Source: Diplonema japonicum
Taxonomy: Eukaryota; Protista; Euglenozoa: Diplonemea
Assembly: GCA_964019335.1 (NCBI GenBank)
Contig: OZ025654.1
Coordinates: 744,001-808,000 of the forward strand
Length of the DNA stretch: 64,000 nt
Reading direction: 5' to 3'
A model generated the notes under the pieces. The model was given only the letters and a program-made list of their open reading frames with translations, did no database searches and was not told the DNA's origin. The position numbers and the translations under genes were made by a program. This document shows, piece after piece, positions 1 to 11,084 of this stretch; position 1 is the first letter of the stretch; each line of letters begins with the position of its first letter.

Positions 1-1753
1 TTGCTCGGAGCCTTTCCACTTCAGTCTTCAGAGAGCTCACTTCGTCACCAAGCTTTGCGTTCACCGCTTCCTCTTCTTCAAGCTTCTCGTTTGCAGATGA
101 CAGCTTCTCCTCCAAAGTACTGCATTTCTCCTCAAAGTCATCCAAGCATTTCGTCTTGTCATTGTGTGACACTTGCAGGGCCTCAAGCTCTTTGCTGATC
201 TTGGAACTCGTTGCTTGTTGTTCTTCGTGTGCTGCTTGCAGGTTGCTGATATCACTTTCAAGCTTGCTGACAATGTCTGTGTGCTCGCGTGTCTCGTTGT
301 CGTGCTTCTCAAGCTGTTCCTCTACCTCACGCTTCAGGGTGCTCACCTCGTCACCCAGCTTCGTGTTCACTGCCTCTTCTTCCTCCATCCTCTTTCGTTC
401 AGCCGATAGCTCGTCTTCCAACATGCCGCACTTCTCAGCGAGCTCAACTTCTCTGGCTCTTGCTGCCTCATCAGCCTTGTTCAGCTCACCTTTCAGCTGT
501 GTCAATGCAACCGCGTGACGCTCCGAAGCATCATCCAGGTCTTGCTGCAAACTCTTTGCTTCCTCTTCTGCTTCACGCAACTTGGTCTTCAGGTCCTGCA
601 ACTGGGTCTCCACCACCTGCTTTTCATGCTCCTCAGTCTGCTGTTGTGCCTTAGCCTGTCGTGTCGCACGTTCCTCCAGCCTCGCCACTTCTTCCCTTTT
701 CGAGGCAACCTCAGTTTGAAGTTCCTGTTCTCGGTTGTTCATTTCAATCTCAAGTGCCTGAACGTTGCCTTGAAGGGAGGCTACCTCTTCCTGTGCCTTG
801 ACCAGCTCCCCAGCCACAGCCTCGTGCTTCGCGATGCTCTCGTTCAACTCCTCCCTCCTTTCAATCAGCTTCTTCTCGAGACCCCCCGCCTCCTCACCCC
901 TTGCCTTCTCCTTCTCTTCCGCCGTAGCTTGCAGCCTGCCCACTTCACTCTTCAAAGCACCCACCTCGTCGTGAAGCTTCGCGTTCGCTGCCTCTACTTC
1001 TTCAAGCTTCTTGCTGGTGGTTGACAGCAGTGTACTGCGCTTTTCTCCTGCATCATTCTGCTCCTCAAGTGTCTCATTTAGGCTTTTGACTTCACTGCTA
1101 AGTTTTGCGTTCAAAGCTGTCTCTTTTTCAAACTTTGCGTTGCTGTTCTCTAATTCACTCCGCAGTATTTGGAGCTCTCCGTTGAGCCTGGTGCCAGATA
1201 CCTGTTCTTTTTCAAGGTCGCCTTTTAGCAGTTCGGCACCTAATGTTTCCTTTTGGATTTTGTCCTCAAGTTCTTGCAGCTGGAGTTGCAGGGCGGCCTC
1301 GCGTTGGGTGCTGCTGTCGAGGTCGGAGGAGAGGGTTTCGACCTTAGTGGATGCGACACTGGCAGCTGTCTGGAGGTCGGTCATGGCCACTTCATGGGAC
1401 GCGAGGAGCTCTGCTTTTAGTACATCAAGTTTCGAGCTGTTGAGGTGGAGCGCAGTCATGATAGGTGACTCTTGTACGTAATCAACGAGGGGGAACGTGT
1501 CTTGGGAGGGTGTCAGCGAACGCTCTTCAAGCATTGATTGGTTATGCCGCACTAGCATCTTTGACATCAGCCCTAACTCAGAACCAATGTGAACAAGCCT
1601 CAGTCGCTGTTCGCCCATACTCCCCTCCGTGGGTGCCACCTCTTCACACAACCGCCTGTTCTCTTGACACATCATCTCAACATAACTCATATATTTCATC
1701 ACATCTTCGCGGAGGGATTTCAACTTCCTTGTCTCCAGGAATCTATCCGCCAT
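1..1753 (-). CDS. Long coiled-coil protein, 3' end runs off the window (absent from the ORF track)
   Basis: ATG at 1753 opens MADRFLETRKLKSLREDVMKYMSYVEMM...; the frame becomes E/K/Q/L-rich with heptad character and continues toward position 1. CAG/TAG acceptors lie just upstream. Confidence 0.85.
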   Translation of the reverse strand, partial: MADRFLETRKLKSLREDVMKYMSYVEMMCQENRRLCEEVAPTEGSMGEQRLRLVHIGSELGLMSKMLVRHNQSMLEERSLTPSQDTFPLVDYVQESPIMTALHLNSSKLDVLKAELLASHEVAMTDLQTAASVASTKVETLSSDLDSSTQREAALQLQLQELEDKIQKETLGAELLKGDLEKEQVSGTRLNGELQILRSELENSNAKFEKETALNAKLSSEVKSLNETLEEQNDAGEKRSTLLSTTSKKLEEVEAANAKLHDEVGALKSEVGRLQATAEEKEKARGEEAGGLEKKLIERREELNESIAKHEAVAGELVKAQEEVASLQGNVQALEIEMNNREQELQTEVASKREEVARLEERATRQAKAQQQTEEHEKQVVETQLQDLKTKLREAEEEAKSLQQDLDDASERHAVALTQLKGELNKADEAARAREVELAEKCGMLEDELSAERKRMEEEEAVNTKLGDEVSTLKREVEEQLEKHDNETREHTDIVSKLESDISNLQAAHEEQQATSSKISKELEALQVSHNDKTKCLDDFEEKCSTLEEKLSSANEKLEEEEAVNAKLGDEVSSLKTEVERLRA

Positions 1754-1984
1754 CCCCCCTACTGTTGCGGCAATTTATGCAAACGAGCATCGCAGGAGCC
1801 AGTTTGCCTTTAGGGGGGGGGGGGGGGGAGCTAGAAAAATATAACATTACTAAAAGGGTGTTAGTCGTGAAGCTAGGAAGGCAAGGAAAAATAAGGAAAA
1901 TAAAACTCAGGAGGAAGAAAACAAAGACTGCCTTTCTTCAGGAAAGATGCACGTCTCGAGGGAGAGAGAAAATAAATGTTGCTG

Positions 1985-3043
1985 CTACTCGAGAACAGTG
2001 ACAAGCTGAGCATTGAACTCATCGATATTATCGATATAAACGTGGTGGCCGGCGTCGGAGACAATAGCGAAGGAGGAGGAGCCCGTGTGGAGGTCGACCA
2101 TGTCTCTGCCTGCTTGAGGTGTCATCCAGCTCTTTTCACCATAAATAACGTGAAGAGAAGTGTTGGTTGCGAAGGTGCGCTTGAGGAGGGGGTTCTTTGC
2201 CCAACCGAAGGGTATCTGCAAAGCCATGAACAATTCCTCCCCAGTTGCCGGCGACTGCGCATTGCAGTGGTAGACGTACTCACTAACCTGCCCGTCTTGG
2301 AAAATATTGTCCCACTTCTTTACCAAGTCAGGGCGGAACTTTGGCAGCAACGACGGCCCCCACGGACCGCTCGCCCTTAACATGAACAAGGGGCCAGACC
2401 ATTTCGCCACGCTACTTGCTGCCTTTACGTACCACGGCATTTTTTTCGACCTCTCCTTAGCGGCTTCATCCCTCACCCCTACACCCCAAGGGTCAACCAG
2501 GACCACGCTCGCCACCTTTTGGGGGTACTTCATCGCGTAGCATGCAGTGAGGTACGCACCGAAGCTGTGTCCGATTACGGTCAGAGTGTCAAGTCCGACG
2601 GTTTTCCTCCACTCCTCTAGCCTGTCGAGGAAGAAGTCTTCGGCCTCACCTGTCGCCGTAGTACTGGGTGGCTTGCCTCGACTGCTCCGCCCGAACCCCG
2701 GCAGGTCCACGTAGTAAGCATGCCCACCACACTTACTCGCGATCGCCTTCATGTTCATCGCCCACAGTGCCGACCCACCACCGAACCCATGCAGCACTAA
2801 GTAATTGCTATCCCCCGCCCCGTTGCCCTTCACTCTGATGCAGTGCACCGTCTCTCCTTCAACCGTTGGTACATTGCTCTGCTCGAGCTCAAGGCCTTCT
2901 TTCGCAGCTTGTCCTAAAATGCTCTGTTGCGACTCGTGGAACTTCTTTAAGTCAGTCGGCTTCCACGATGGAAGAAAGCAAGATGGTTCCTTTCCGCAAC
3001 CTGATGTGTAAGACTCCCACTCCACTCCAACAGGGGGCGCCAT
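1985..3043 (-). CDS. Alpha/beta hydrolase, ABHD4/ABHD5-like
   Basis: Motifs LHGFGGG, DLPGFGRSSR, GHSFG (nucleophile elbow) and C-terminal AGHHVYID (HX4D). Confidence 0.9.
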   Translation of the reverse strand: MAPPVGVEWESYTSGCGKEPSCFLPSWKPTDLKKFHESQQSILGQAAKEGLELEQSNVPTVEGETVHCIRVKGNGAGDSNYLVLHGFGGGSALWAMNMKAIASKCGGHAYYVDLPGFGRSSRGKPPSTTATGEAEDFFLDRLEEWRKTVGLDTLTVIGHSFGAYLTACYAMKYPQKVASVVLVDPWGVGVRDEAAKERSKKMPWYVKAASSVAKWSGPLFMLRASGPWGPSLLPKFRPDLVKKWDNIFQDGQVSEYVYHCNAQSPATGEELFMALQIPFGWAKNPLLKRTFATNTSLHVIYGEKSWMTPQAGRDMVDLHTGSSSFAIVSDAGHHVYIDNIDEFNAQLVTVLE

Positions 3044-3199
3044 GATAAAAGTGTTTCGGGAGACTGTGGAGGGGAGGGGTCTTTTTCTTATTCCTCCCCA
3101 CTTTAATTTCTATCTGAACAATATCAACACTGGAAATTCACCAGGGAGAAACTCACACATGCTGAATTGAAAAAAATGGCACTTTCTTAGTACGTTGTG

Positions 3200-6130
3200 T
3201 CACAGAAGTGACAGCGTATTAGTCGAGGGGAAAAGGTTGAAGGTGCTCTCTGTGTCCATTGTCACGCTGAATGAAGTCTCAGTAGCCGAGGGAACTTGGA
3301 GTTCTGCCACGGCGTACTCCGACTGTTGTTGCAACGAATAGTTCTGCTGGATACGGCGACGGCGTCGTGTGTAAAAAGTGTAAAGTTCAGTGAGAACGTC
3401 TAAGAGCAGCTTGATGAAGAGAAGCCCCGTTGCGACATTGACGACGGCCGATGACACGGTGAACATGACTCCTTCGTTCTCTTCTGTATAGAAGCCCACA
3501 GCCATGCACACCAGCGACAGAAACATGGTGAAGTGGATCAAAGGTTCCCGACAGAGTCCCTCATCCTGCAGAACGGCTTCAAAAAGGTCAGTAATATTGT
3601 CCAACAAAAATACAATATCCCTGAGAACAGCTTCGCGTCACCGCAGCTCCTGAAGCTCTTCTCGTCGCGCACGTTGCAGAACGCCAACAAGAACATCAAC
3701 CCGCAGTACAGTAGCAGCCCAAACCTCACGCACCTCTCGTCGTACTGCTTCAGCACTGACAGGTACATCGCATTCTCCTTCCCCCCACTCTTCACTGCCA
3801 CCCACTCTCCAGGTCCAATGACAAACCGAAGTGTCTTGTCTCCGGCGTACTTACACCTCTCCGGCACCAACGTGAATATGAGCCTTGAGTACCACAGCGG
3901 GATCACTAAGCACAGGCAGCTTCCTACCACCCCTAGAATGGTTTCCCACACGTGATTTTGTTTGTGAATCATCAGTTTTGTCGAGCAGAACGCGATGCCT
4001 TGATACAGGAATACAAACACAAGCATGCCTGCCGCTGGGTGCAGAAGCACACCCCTGCTCGTTGTGATGCTGCAACTCTTCGCTTTTGCGTAGACAAGCA
4101 CAGCCACGTAGTGCAGGACGTTGAAGGTGACCACGATGGCCAGGTTGCCCACCACAGCGCCAGACAGCTCGTTACCTGCGAGCTTGAGTCTAGTTGGATG
4201 CAGTACGGTGCTGAGTTTGAAGTGTGCGTCGGGGAGGCATGCACTGTACAGTACCATACCCATCTGCGTGCCGTAAATAGCAGACGATGGCGAGGTGAAC
4301 ATGCTGGCAGCACCCATAGCTGTCACAATGAAGACTGCCTTTTCGGTTTTGTCAGATGCAGGGAGGTCGAAGGTGGCGTTGGGCATGGCCTCAGGCTCTG
4401 CTTCAACAGGGGAATCAGAGGCCTCGGTTCCTGTGACAGACACCTCTTTTTCCACTGGAACTGAGTACGACAGAGTGCCTGTAGCAGTTGGTTCAAGATT
4501 AGGAGGCAATGTGATAGTAGAAGTGATAGCAGGCAATGTGATAGTGGTAGGCCACGTGGCGGGAGCCAGGGTGATTGCAACAGGAGACGGAGACGGCAAC
4601 ATTGAAAACGGGGATATCGAATATGGCAGCAGTGTTGGTAAAGCTGCAAGTGTAGGAGGCGGGGGGGTGGCTGGGGAAACAGTGGAATGATTGAGGAAGC
4701 AAATGTGGGAAGACATCGAGTCGCAGCGTGCAAGGCATATCTTGCCTTGTCTACAGCTTCCAATGGATCCACAGCGGTTCTTAGGGTCATAGGTAGACCA
4801 ATCAAAAAGGTCGAAGGTCTCAGACTTGGCGGCATCCCCATTGGCCAACGTCCAATCGTTCCCCGTGCTACCTTTGATCAGCGAGGTCCAGATTGGCTGC
4901 CCCTGCATCAAGGACTTCACCGCATCACGCATTGCATCGTCGGTTATGGTCAAGTTGCACTGCCCAAATGGCCCTGGGGTGGCGTCGTACGTGTAGCAGG
5001 TGCTGCCTACAGTTGCACCGGTACATCTATGAGAAGCTACTGTGTCAGGGCACACAACAGGCATCATCGAACTGCAGGGCACCTCAACTAGAAGCCCGTT
5101 AGTGTCGAGTGCTGCACACCCGTACATGTTATTTGGGTGGGCCGGGTGCCAATCAGCCCAAGCCGCCCAGGACCCAGGCCATGACCACTCACCCCTATTT
5201 GCATTCAGGAGGTTGACACCTGTCCATGCCTGACTTGGCAGGTGCGCGTTGTCGTACAAGTACGCTAAGTCGGCGTCGGTTTTAGGAGCTGCCAAAATAG
5301 CTCCCTTGGAGAGAGTGTCGCAAAAAGTCACGTCGTAGACTGTTGTAGCTAAAGACACTTCGTAACACGTGCTCCCCAACAGGACAGCGTTTGCGCTGCA
5401 CCCTGTGGCCACGGGGTACTGGCACAGCGCAGGGAGCTTGGTCTGGCAGTACTCTGAACAGTGCTTGCCCTTCACGCACGAGGTGCCTACTGTGGCACAG
5501 GCTGCATGTCTTCAGGCTGCAATGCAGCCCAGAACGGAGTGGCCGCCCAAGAGTCATGGGATTGCTGAAACCGATAACACCCTGGGCGTGGCCAGCGCTG
5601 GAAAGAAGTGCCGACACAGCGACGAGGTCTGAAAGGGTGGTGATGTGGATGAACGGCACAGCTGAGCTGGGCTGTTTTCTCAGTTCACTGCAGAGACCTG
5701 TACTAAGGCGCATCCCCGGACAGGGACTCAGGGTACTTCCATAGATGTACGCACTAGATGTAGTGCAAGAACAGCTAGTAATTAGATGTATCAATGCCGT
5801 CAGACACACGCAAGCACTCGACGACGAGGGTTCGTCCGTGAGCCACACCTCGCTATGCAACAGCGAGCTGCTGGTATCTAGGATGTCAAATGCGTTTCGT
5901 GCAGCCTGTAGCCTGTTGATCCCTAGCCATCCTTTCACATTCACTAACTTCAAGTCATCTTCTTGGTAAGTATCGAGAGGCTTTGCATCTGGATCGACGG
6001 TACTACAAATTTCATCCTCCCATGGAGACAGGGTTGCTGATGCGATGATGCACAACCGAGAGTTGGGCAGCCACTGCCAGCCAGTGGCACATTGCGCTGG
6101 GAGCACTGTTGTGAGGAGCAGCAGTATCAT
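3200..6130 (-). pseudogene. C-type-lectin-like repeats, S/T/P stalk and multi-pass TM protein, interrupted by 3 indels (pseudogene or assembly errors)
   Basis: Signal peptide MILLLLTTVLPAQC; CTL-like motifs (WLGINR, WTGVN..GEWSW, HPNN..GCAAL..C); many TM helices. Frame breaks: 7-bp and 4-bp deletions near 5554 and 5507 (both intact in the copy at 33.3-33.6 kb) and a probable missing T near 3540. Restored length about 980 aa. Confidence 0.75.
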
Positions 6131-6400
6131 TGGTATTACTCTCCTAGGGGTTTTTTTCCCACCCCTCTTGGGCAATTTGACAACATATAAAAAAGGGGGA
6201 GGGAACCTGCCCACCAACTTCAATCATCACCCAATAAGAAATAGGAGAATTTGAAAGGGCAAAGATGTGGTGGGGTGGTGTTCGCTCTGTACCTGGAGTG
6301 GTGAAGACCTCTCCGAAATAAAAAGAAAAAAAAGAAAGAAGAGGACGCCGCCGAAGACGCTAAGACTACGTTACAAGTACGGTTTCTTTACGTCAGTAGT

Positions 6401-6748
6401 TCATGGCAAGGTGGTGAAGACTTCTTTGGTGATGAGCGCGTTGTTCCAGGTCTGGACATGCTTCCCAGTGAATGCGATGGTTTTTCCATCTAAGGTGGTC
6501 ATGGAGTAAGTGAAGGTCAGGGTGCTTTGATTGCCATCTATTTCCTGCCCAATGCACTTCACTGTGCTCTGGACAACCTTGTCGACGAAGGCTTTCTGCT
6601 TCTCGTATGCAGCTTTCTTCCCGCTCGCGAATAACTCACCATTGCTCACCATCTCCACGTGCTCATCCATCCATTTTTCGCAGAGCTCTAGACACTGTCC
6701 TGCTTCGTTCATCCGAACTAGCGTTGCCACATCTGCTTCGATACCCAT
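6401..6748 (-). CDS. SnoaL/NTF2-like small protein (115 aa)
   Basis: MGIEADVATLV...GKHVQTWNNALITKEVF fits the SnoaL C-terminal pattern; pyrimidine tract plus CAG 2 nt before the ATG. Confidence 0.75.
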   Translation of the reverse strand: MGIEADVATLVRMNEAGQCLELCEKWMDEHVEMVSNGELFASGKKAAYEKQKAFVDKVVQSTVKCIGQEIDGNQSTLTFTYSMTTLDGKTIAFTGKHVQTWNNALITKEVFTTLP

Positions 6749-7401
6749 GGCTGCAGGTGGTGGTGGATGATCAGGGAGGGAAAGAAAAACAAAATTAAAA
6801 ATCTGGGGGGGGCTGCACATAATGATATACTAAAGAAAAAACAAAAGGAAAATGAGGAGGGGGGAGGATATTTACCGCGGGGGGGGGGGGGGGGCATTAG
6901 TTATGTTTTTTTAACGGATTTCTTTTTCTTTCTTTTTTTTCGATGGTAAAAAAAAGGGGGGGGGATCTATCTACACTTTTTCAAAAGAATCTGACCATAT
7001 GATACGAGCTTGTCTAGGGAAAGATGTCCAGAATACCCTTGGTGCGAGAACAGGGGGAAAAAAAGACCGGAACAATCAGAATTCGAACAAGACATGTTGG
7101 CCTTTAAAAGAAAAATGTAGAAATTTTTCTCACGAACGCTCATACCCCCCTCCCCCTCCCCTACCCGAAAGGTCAGAAAATACAGTAACCGAACCCACAT
7201 CACGTTTTTGAAGAACGCAATGAGAAGCGAAGAGCGGGGGTACATACAAAGGATATCACTGTGATGAAGGAAAGACAAAAAATATTCCCCTCCCCTTCTC
7301 TCCCAAACAAGTAAGGGAGGAAACGGGGGGGTAGGACTGGGCAAAACAAATCTAGATACACGGGGTACATCAGCACAATAGGGGGGGGGGGGGGGGGAAT
7401 A

Positions 7402-7543
7402 CTGTAAAATGAAAAAGTGCCAAACTGACAAATGTCTGAGTTCTATCGGTATCCGGGAATTTGTCAGTCGCAGGCCGGACCATTTTTCCTGCAGGGTATT
7501 CTCCGCCAGGGTAGTTGTCGTCCGACATTTTTTCGCTTTACAA
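7402..7543. mobile_element. Short degenerate MITE, same family as 43398-43979
   Basis: Left end TA|CTGTAAAATGAAAAAGTGCC..GACAAA and right end ATTTTTTCGCTTTACA match the ends of the 43.4-kb copy; internal inverted repeat CTGACAAAT/ATTTGTCAG. Confidence 0.55.
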
Positions 7544-7763
7544 CAATACGCCATTTGATAACAACCCCAGGGAATGTATTCGGGCATATCTTCCTTTACT
7601 AGAGAAACTACTTTTTTAAAAAAGAAATCTTGTTTACCTGGGTATCACAGGTGTTGCTTGAATTTTCCCCCCTCAGAGACGGAAGGGCTTCTGTGGCAGG
7701 CCCTTCACACTGTCGAAGTTTAGGTGCTTCTTTGCGGAGGGGTGCCGTCCCTTCGGTGTCGGG

Positions 7764-9011
7764 CTATAGGCTTGGTACAAGCCGCGGAACTGGTGTGTTT
7801 TGAACAAGGGGAAACAAGGATACCTCTTTGTATTTCATGGGCGTCTTTACTTCGTCTATGGAATAGGTGGAGTGGTTGCTGTGTGACCGGTGGCTGGACG
7901 GTGATTGGGTAGAAGAAGTGCGAAAGGTAGATGAAGCCGTGGGTGCGAAGAACCCACCCCGTGGGCCCACAGGTGGCGATGCGGACGTGACATGTCTGCT
8001 TCTGAGGGACCTACCTCGCGTGGTTTGTGGAACGGTCTCATGGGCGTGCTGCTGTGTGGTGGAGTTAAGGTACTTGATGTCCCTAAAAGCCTCCCTACAC
8101 AGTGCATAGATCATATCGATGTTCGACACGAAGACTCTCCTGCTGCTCTTCGTGACACCCCCCAGCATGGCAAGGAAGTCCTTATCCTCCTTCACTTCCA
8201 GTATCTTGTTCTCCAATTCTTGCAGCGTGGTCACGCTTCTCTGCAGTTTTGATGCAAAGTCCGACGACACGCCCATCGTGCTTGCGGCGGCCCGCCGCCG
8301 CAGCTTCGACTCTGCATCCTTCACTCGAACCTTCGCCTGCATCAGCTCCACCTGGTGCTGCGATGCAACGCTCGTGTTCCCATCTGATGGCGGTATAGGT
8401 ACGTGCCGCCTCGTTGCGATGTCGGGGTGCAGGTGTGCAATCTCGTTTTCAGCCGCTTTGAGCTTCTGAGTCAGTTCTCTGTTCTCTTCCAACACTTTGT
8501 TATGCGTTTTGAGCGCTTGTCGCTGCGACTCAAGCTTCTGCTTCATTCTATGCACCAGACGTAGCAGCTCTTTGTTCTGCTCTTTGATTTCCGACTCGTC
8601 GTCTGTCCCTTTCAAGCTTGCCTCCAGTCTTTGTGGCGACGGGGGTTCCTCTTCCTCGTCTTCCTGACCCGGGCCTTTCATGCAAGTGAAGCACACATCG
8701 TACTGACACGTCTCGCAGCACCACCTGTCTGGGCCACCTTTGTTACCGCACACGTTGCATGCCCACCCGGTCGCGTAGTCCCCTTCGGAGGTGCTGCTTG
8801 CCCGCATTGTGTGATTTTCCATGCACCGTTGTTCTTCGCATACTTTGAGATTCTTCAGCATGAATCTGTTCTCACCCACCGGCAGTTCCACAACCAGTCG
8901 GTCTCTGTACCTTGTGTCTGCCCTTTTTACCACGCCTTGCATCCCGTTCAGCAGCGACACATCACTCAAGCTGTGCACTTCCACCAGCAGGCCTTTGGGG
9001 AAGCCTTCCAT
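7764..9011 (-). CDS. SH3-like N-terminus, ZZ-type-like zinc finger and coiled coil
   Basis: CMENH...WACNVCG...RWCCETCQYDVCFTC followed by heptad repeats. Confidence 0.8.
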   Translation of the reverse strand: MEGFPKGLLVEVHSLSDVSLLNGMQGVVKRADTRYRDRLVVELPVGENRFMLKNLKVCEEQRCMENHTMRASSTSEGDYATGWACNVCGNKGGPDRWCCETCQYDVCFTCMKGPGQEDEEEEPPSPQRLEASLKGTDDESEIKEQNKELLRLVHRMKQKLESQRQALKTHNKVLEENRELTQKLKAAENEIAHLHPDIATRRHVPIPPSDGNTSVASQHQVELMQAKVRVKDAESKLRRRAAASTMGVSSDFASKLQRSVTTLQELENKILEVKEDKDFLAMLGGVTKSSRRVFVSNIDMIYALCREAFRDIKYLNSTTQQHAHETVPQTTRGRSLRSRHVTSASPPVGPRGGFFAPTASSTFRTSSTQSPSSHRSHSNHSTYSIDEVKTPMKYKEVSLFPLVQNTPVPRLVPSL

Positions 9012-9466
9012 TGCCCCTCCTGTATAAGTTATTCATTAGTACTGCGAGAGAGATATGAGCCACCAGAGCTGCACTTTTACAAAAAAGAAGAAAAGGGAAT
9101 GGAAGGGAAAGGAAAGGGGTGTTATACTCTTAGTTTTTTTTTTCTTTTTTTTTTTTTTTTTTTTTCTTCGTTCTTCCATCGTTCTAAATAAAATTGACAA
9201 GTCGATATGAATTATGAGAATGAAGAAAAAAAGAGAGACAAAAGGAAATAAAAGAAAACAAAAGAAACGACGGTTAGAACATTGGAACATAAAAAAAGAG
9301 AAATAAAGGAAAACAAAAAAGGTAAGACTGCGCTGCACCACATCTCATCACACGACGGGGTTCAGCACACAGACGGGTCCGTTACAAAACCGATCTAAAG
9401 ACCAAAGAAAACCCCCATTTTCCAACCCTGGGTTCATTGTTAATGTGTAATGTTCCATCGTCCGAG

Positions 9467-10954
9467 CTAGGGTGGCGTGTGGCCAGCCGTGCTTCTGCAA
9501 GGGGAGGGTTCATCCGGCAGCGTTGGAATCAAAACAGCTTCTGTGTCTAATGGGTCGTGTTCGGTGTCAGCAGACACATGCTGCGGCAGTCCACAAGCGG
9601 CCCCTGCAGACACGAGAATGACGCAGCCATAGATACACATAGCCAAAGGGAGATCGCTACCAGCAAGGTGCACTGTGTACGGAGCTATAATGGACCCTAG
9701 CTTGCCGGAAGCCGTGCACACGCCCATCACGGTGGCGCGCACGTGGGCCGCAAGGACCTCAGATGTCCAAATGTAAATGATAGTGAACGAAGCCGTGACT
9801 AGCATCTGGCCAACGAAGGAACACCACTTTGCAACTTTCAGTGACAGGGGTATGAAGGAAAAGCAGCACAGTGCAGCACCGATGCAGGAGCCTACCATAG
9901 TGGTCTTCTTCCCCAAGGCGTTGAGGGCAAACTGCAGTATGATGTAAACAGGCATCTCTACCACAGACAGGATCGTCCCGTTCACATAGTCATCGCCGGG
10001 CAGGGTGGCGCCGCCAAGCCCGAGGCCAAAGTAGCACAGTGCGCAGCAGAACCAGCACAGCATGAGCTGCATAAGCGTGACTCTGTTCTTGCTGTCGAAG
10101 AGGATTCTAAAAAAGGGGTTTCTTATGTTGGTCTGCGTGGAGGGCTTGTCTTCTGCCTCCAGCACCTGAGGCGCCTTCCACGTCTTGTCGGCCATCCTGC
10201 GCAGCGACGCCAGAGCCGCCGTTTCGTCGATACCTGTAAGCCATCTAGGGCTCTCAGGTGCCTTTAACGGCCATAGCATCAAGGGGAACGTGACCACCGC
10301 CACAGCGTAGCACACGCTGCGCCACTCGTCGCGCAGGGTGTACGCCAGCAAGGCAGTGCTGCCGCTACCCAGAGCCGACAGGGTAAAATAAGAAGTGCCA
10401 AAAAATGATGCCTTCGAAGAGGGCAGCAGTTCGAACCCGAACACGTAGATGTACAACAGCGCAGAGCCGACGGCAGCGCCGTGCAAGAACTTACAAACAA
10501 TGTACGCATCAGCAGTGCTGGCTGTGCCGCATGCCATGCATGAGGAACCGAGTAGGAAGAGGGACACGCAAAGAGGTACTTTCCTGCCATGCCTGTCAGA
10601 GAACTGTCCCGCGAAGAGGGATGCTATGAGCCACCCAAAAAAGAAAACTGACTGCGAAAAGGGCACCTTCCACTCGTCTTCACACTGCAGACCCCACTCA
10701 AGTTGCACGCTGCTACCAGACCATTTCCAGCCTGCTTTCGAGAGCGTGCCGTCATCGTTGCACATTGCTATATCGCTGGGTGCTTTTTCGCCTGAACACC
10801 ACCCGCCTTGGCACACCACAGAAGGGGGGATGTTCACGTAGTACATCAGCATCACATTTGAGCTCAACACCGCACCTGCGAGCCACGCAGAGCATAGGTG
10901 CGCAACTTGGAACCTTCCTATTCCGATGCTATCAATGGCATCCGTCACTTTCAT
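9467..10954 (-). CDS. MFS transporter, SLC22/organic cation transporter-like
   Basis: IGIGRFQ, EWGLQCED, SDRHGRK, PESPRWL and about 12 TM helices. Likely start MKVTDAID follows a pyrimidine tract and CAG. Confidence 0.9.
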   Translation of the reverse strand: MKVTDAIDSIGIGRFQVAHLCSAWLAGAVLSSNVMLMYYVNIPPSVVCQGGWCSGEKAPSDIAMCNDDGTLSKAGWKWSGSSVQLEWGLQCEDEWKVPFSQSVFFFGWLIASLFAGQFSDRHGRKVPLCVSLFLLGSSCMACGTASTADAYIVCKFLHGAAVGSALLYIYVFGFELLPSSKASFFGTSYFTLSALGSGSTALLAYTLRDEWRSVCYAVAVVTFPLMLWPLKAPESPRWLTGIDETAALASLRRMADKTWKAPQVLEAEDKPSTQTNIRNPFFRILFDSKNRVTLMQLMLCWFCCALCYFGLGLGGATLPGDDYVNGTILSVVEMPVYIILQFALNALGKKTTMVGSCIGAALCCFSFIPLSLKVAKWCSFVGQMLVTASFTIIYIWTSEVLAAHVRATVMGVCTASGKLGSIIAPYTVHLAGSDLPLAMCIYGCVILVSAGAACGLPQHVSADTEHDPLDTEAVLIPTLPDEPSPCRSTAGHTPP

Positions 10955-11084
10955 AACACCTGCATGGTGGAGAACAGACAGCAGGAAGGAATAATAAGAT
11001 GGAGGTGCAGCACTTATGCATAATTCAACTCGCAAAAAATGGGGGGGGGAATAAGTTGAAAGAAAGGGCCCACTGGAAAGAGGG

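Noticed and set aside
156-1481. Plus-strand Ser/Leu-rich ORFs and similar antisense ORFs over real genes
   Set aside because: Shadows of the coding strand.
3538-5560. Programmed frameshifting or RNA editing of the lectin gene
   Set aside because: The paralog shows plain DNA deletions, and no other gene in the window needs recoding.
6970-7121. Possible MITE (TCTACACTTTTT / AAAAATGTAGA)
   Set aside because: The inverted repeat is too short and low-complexity, with no TSD.
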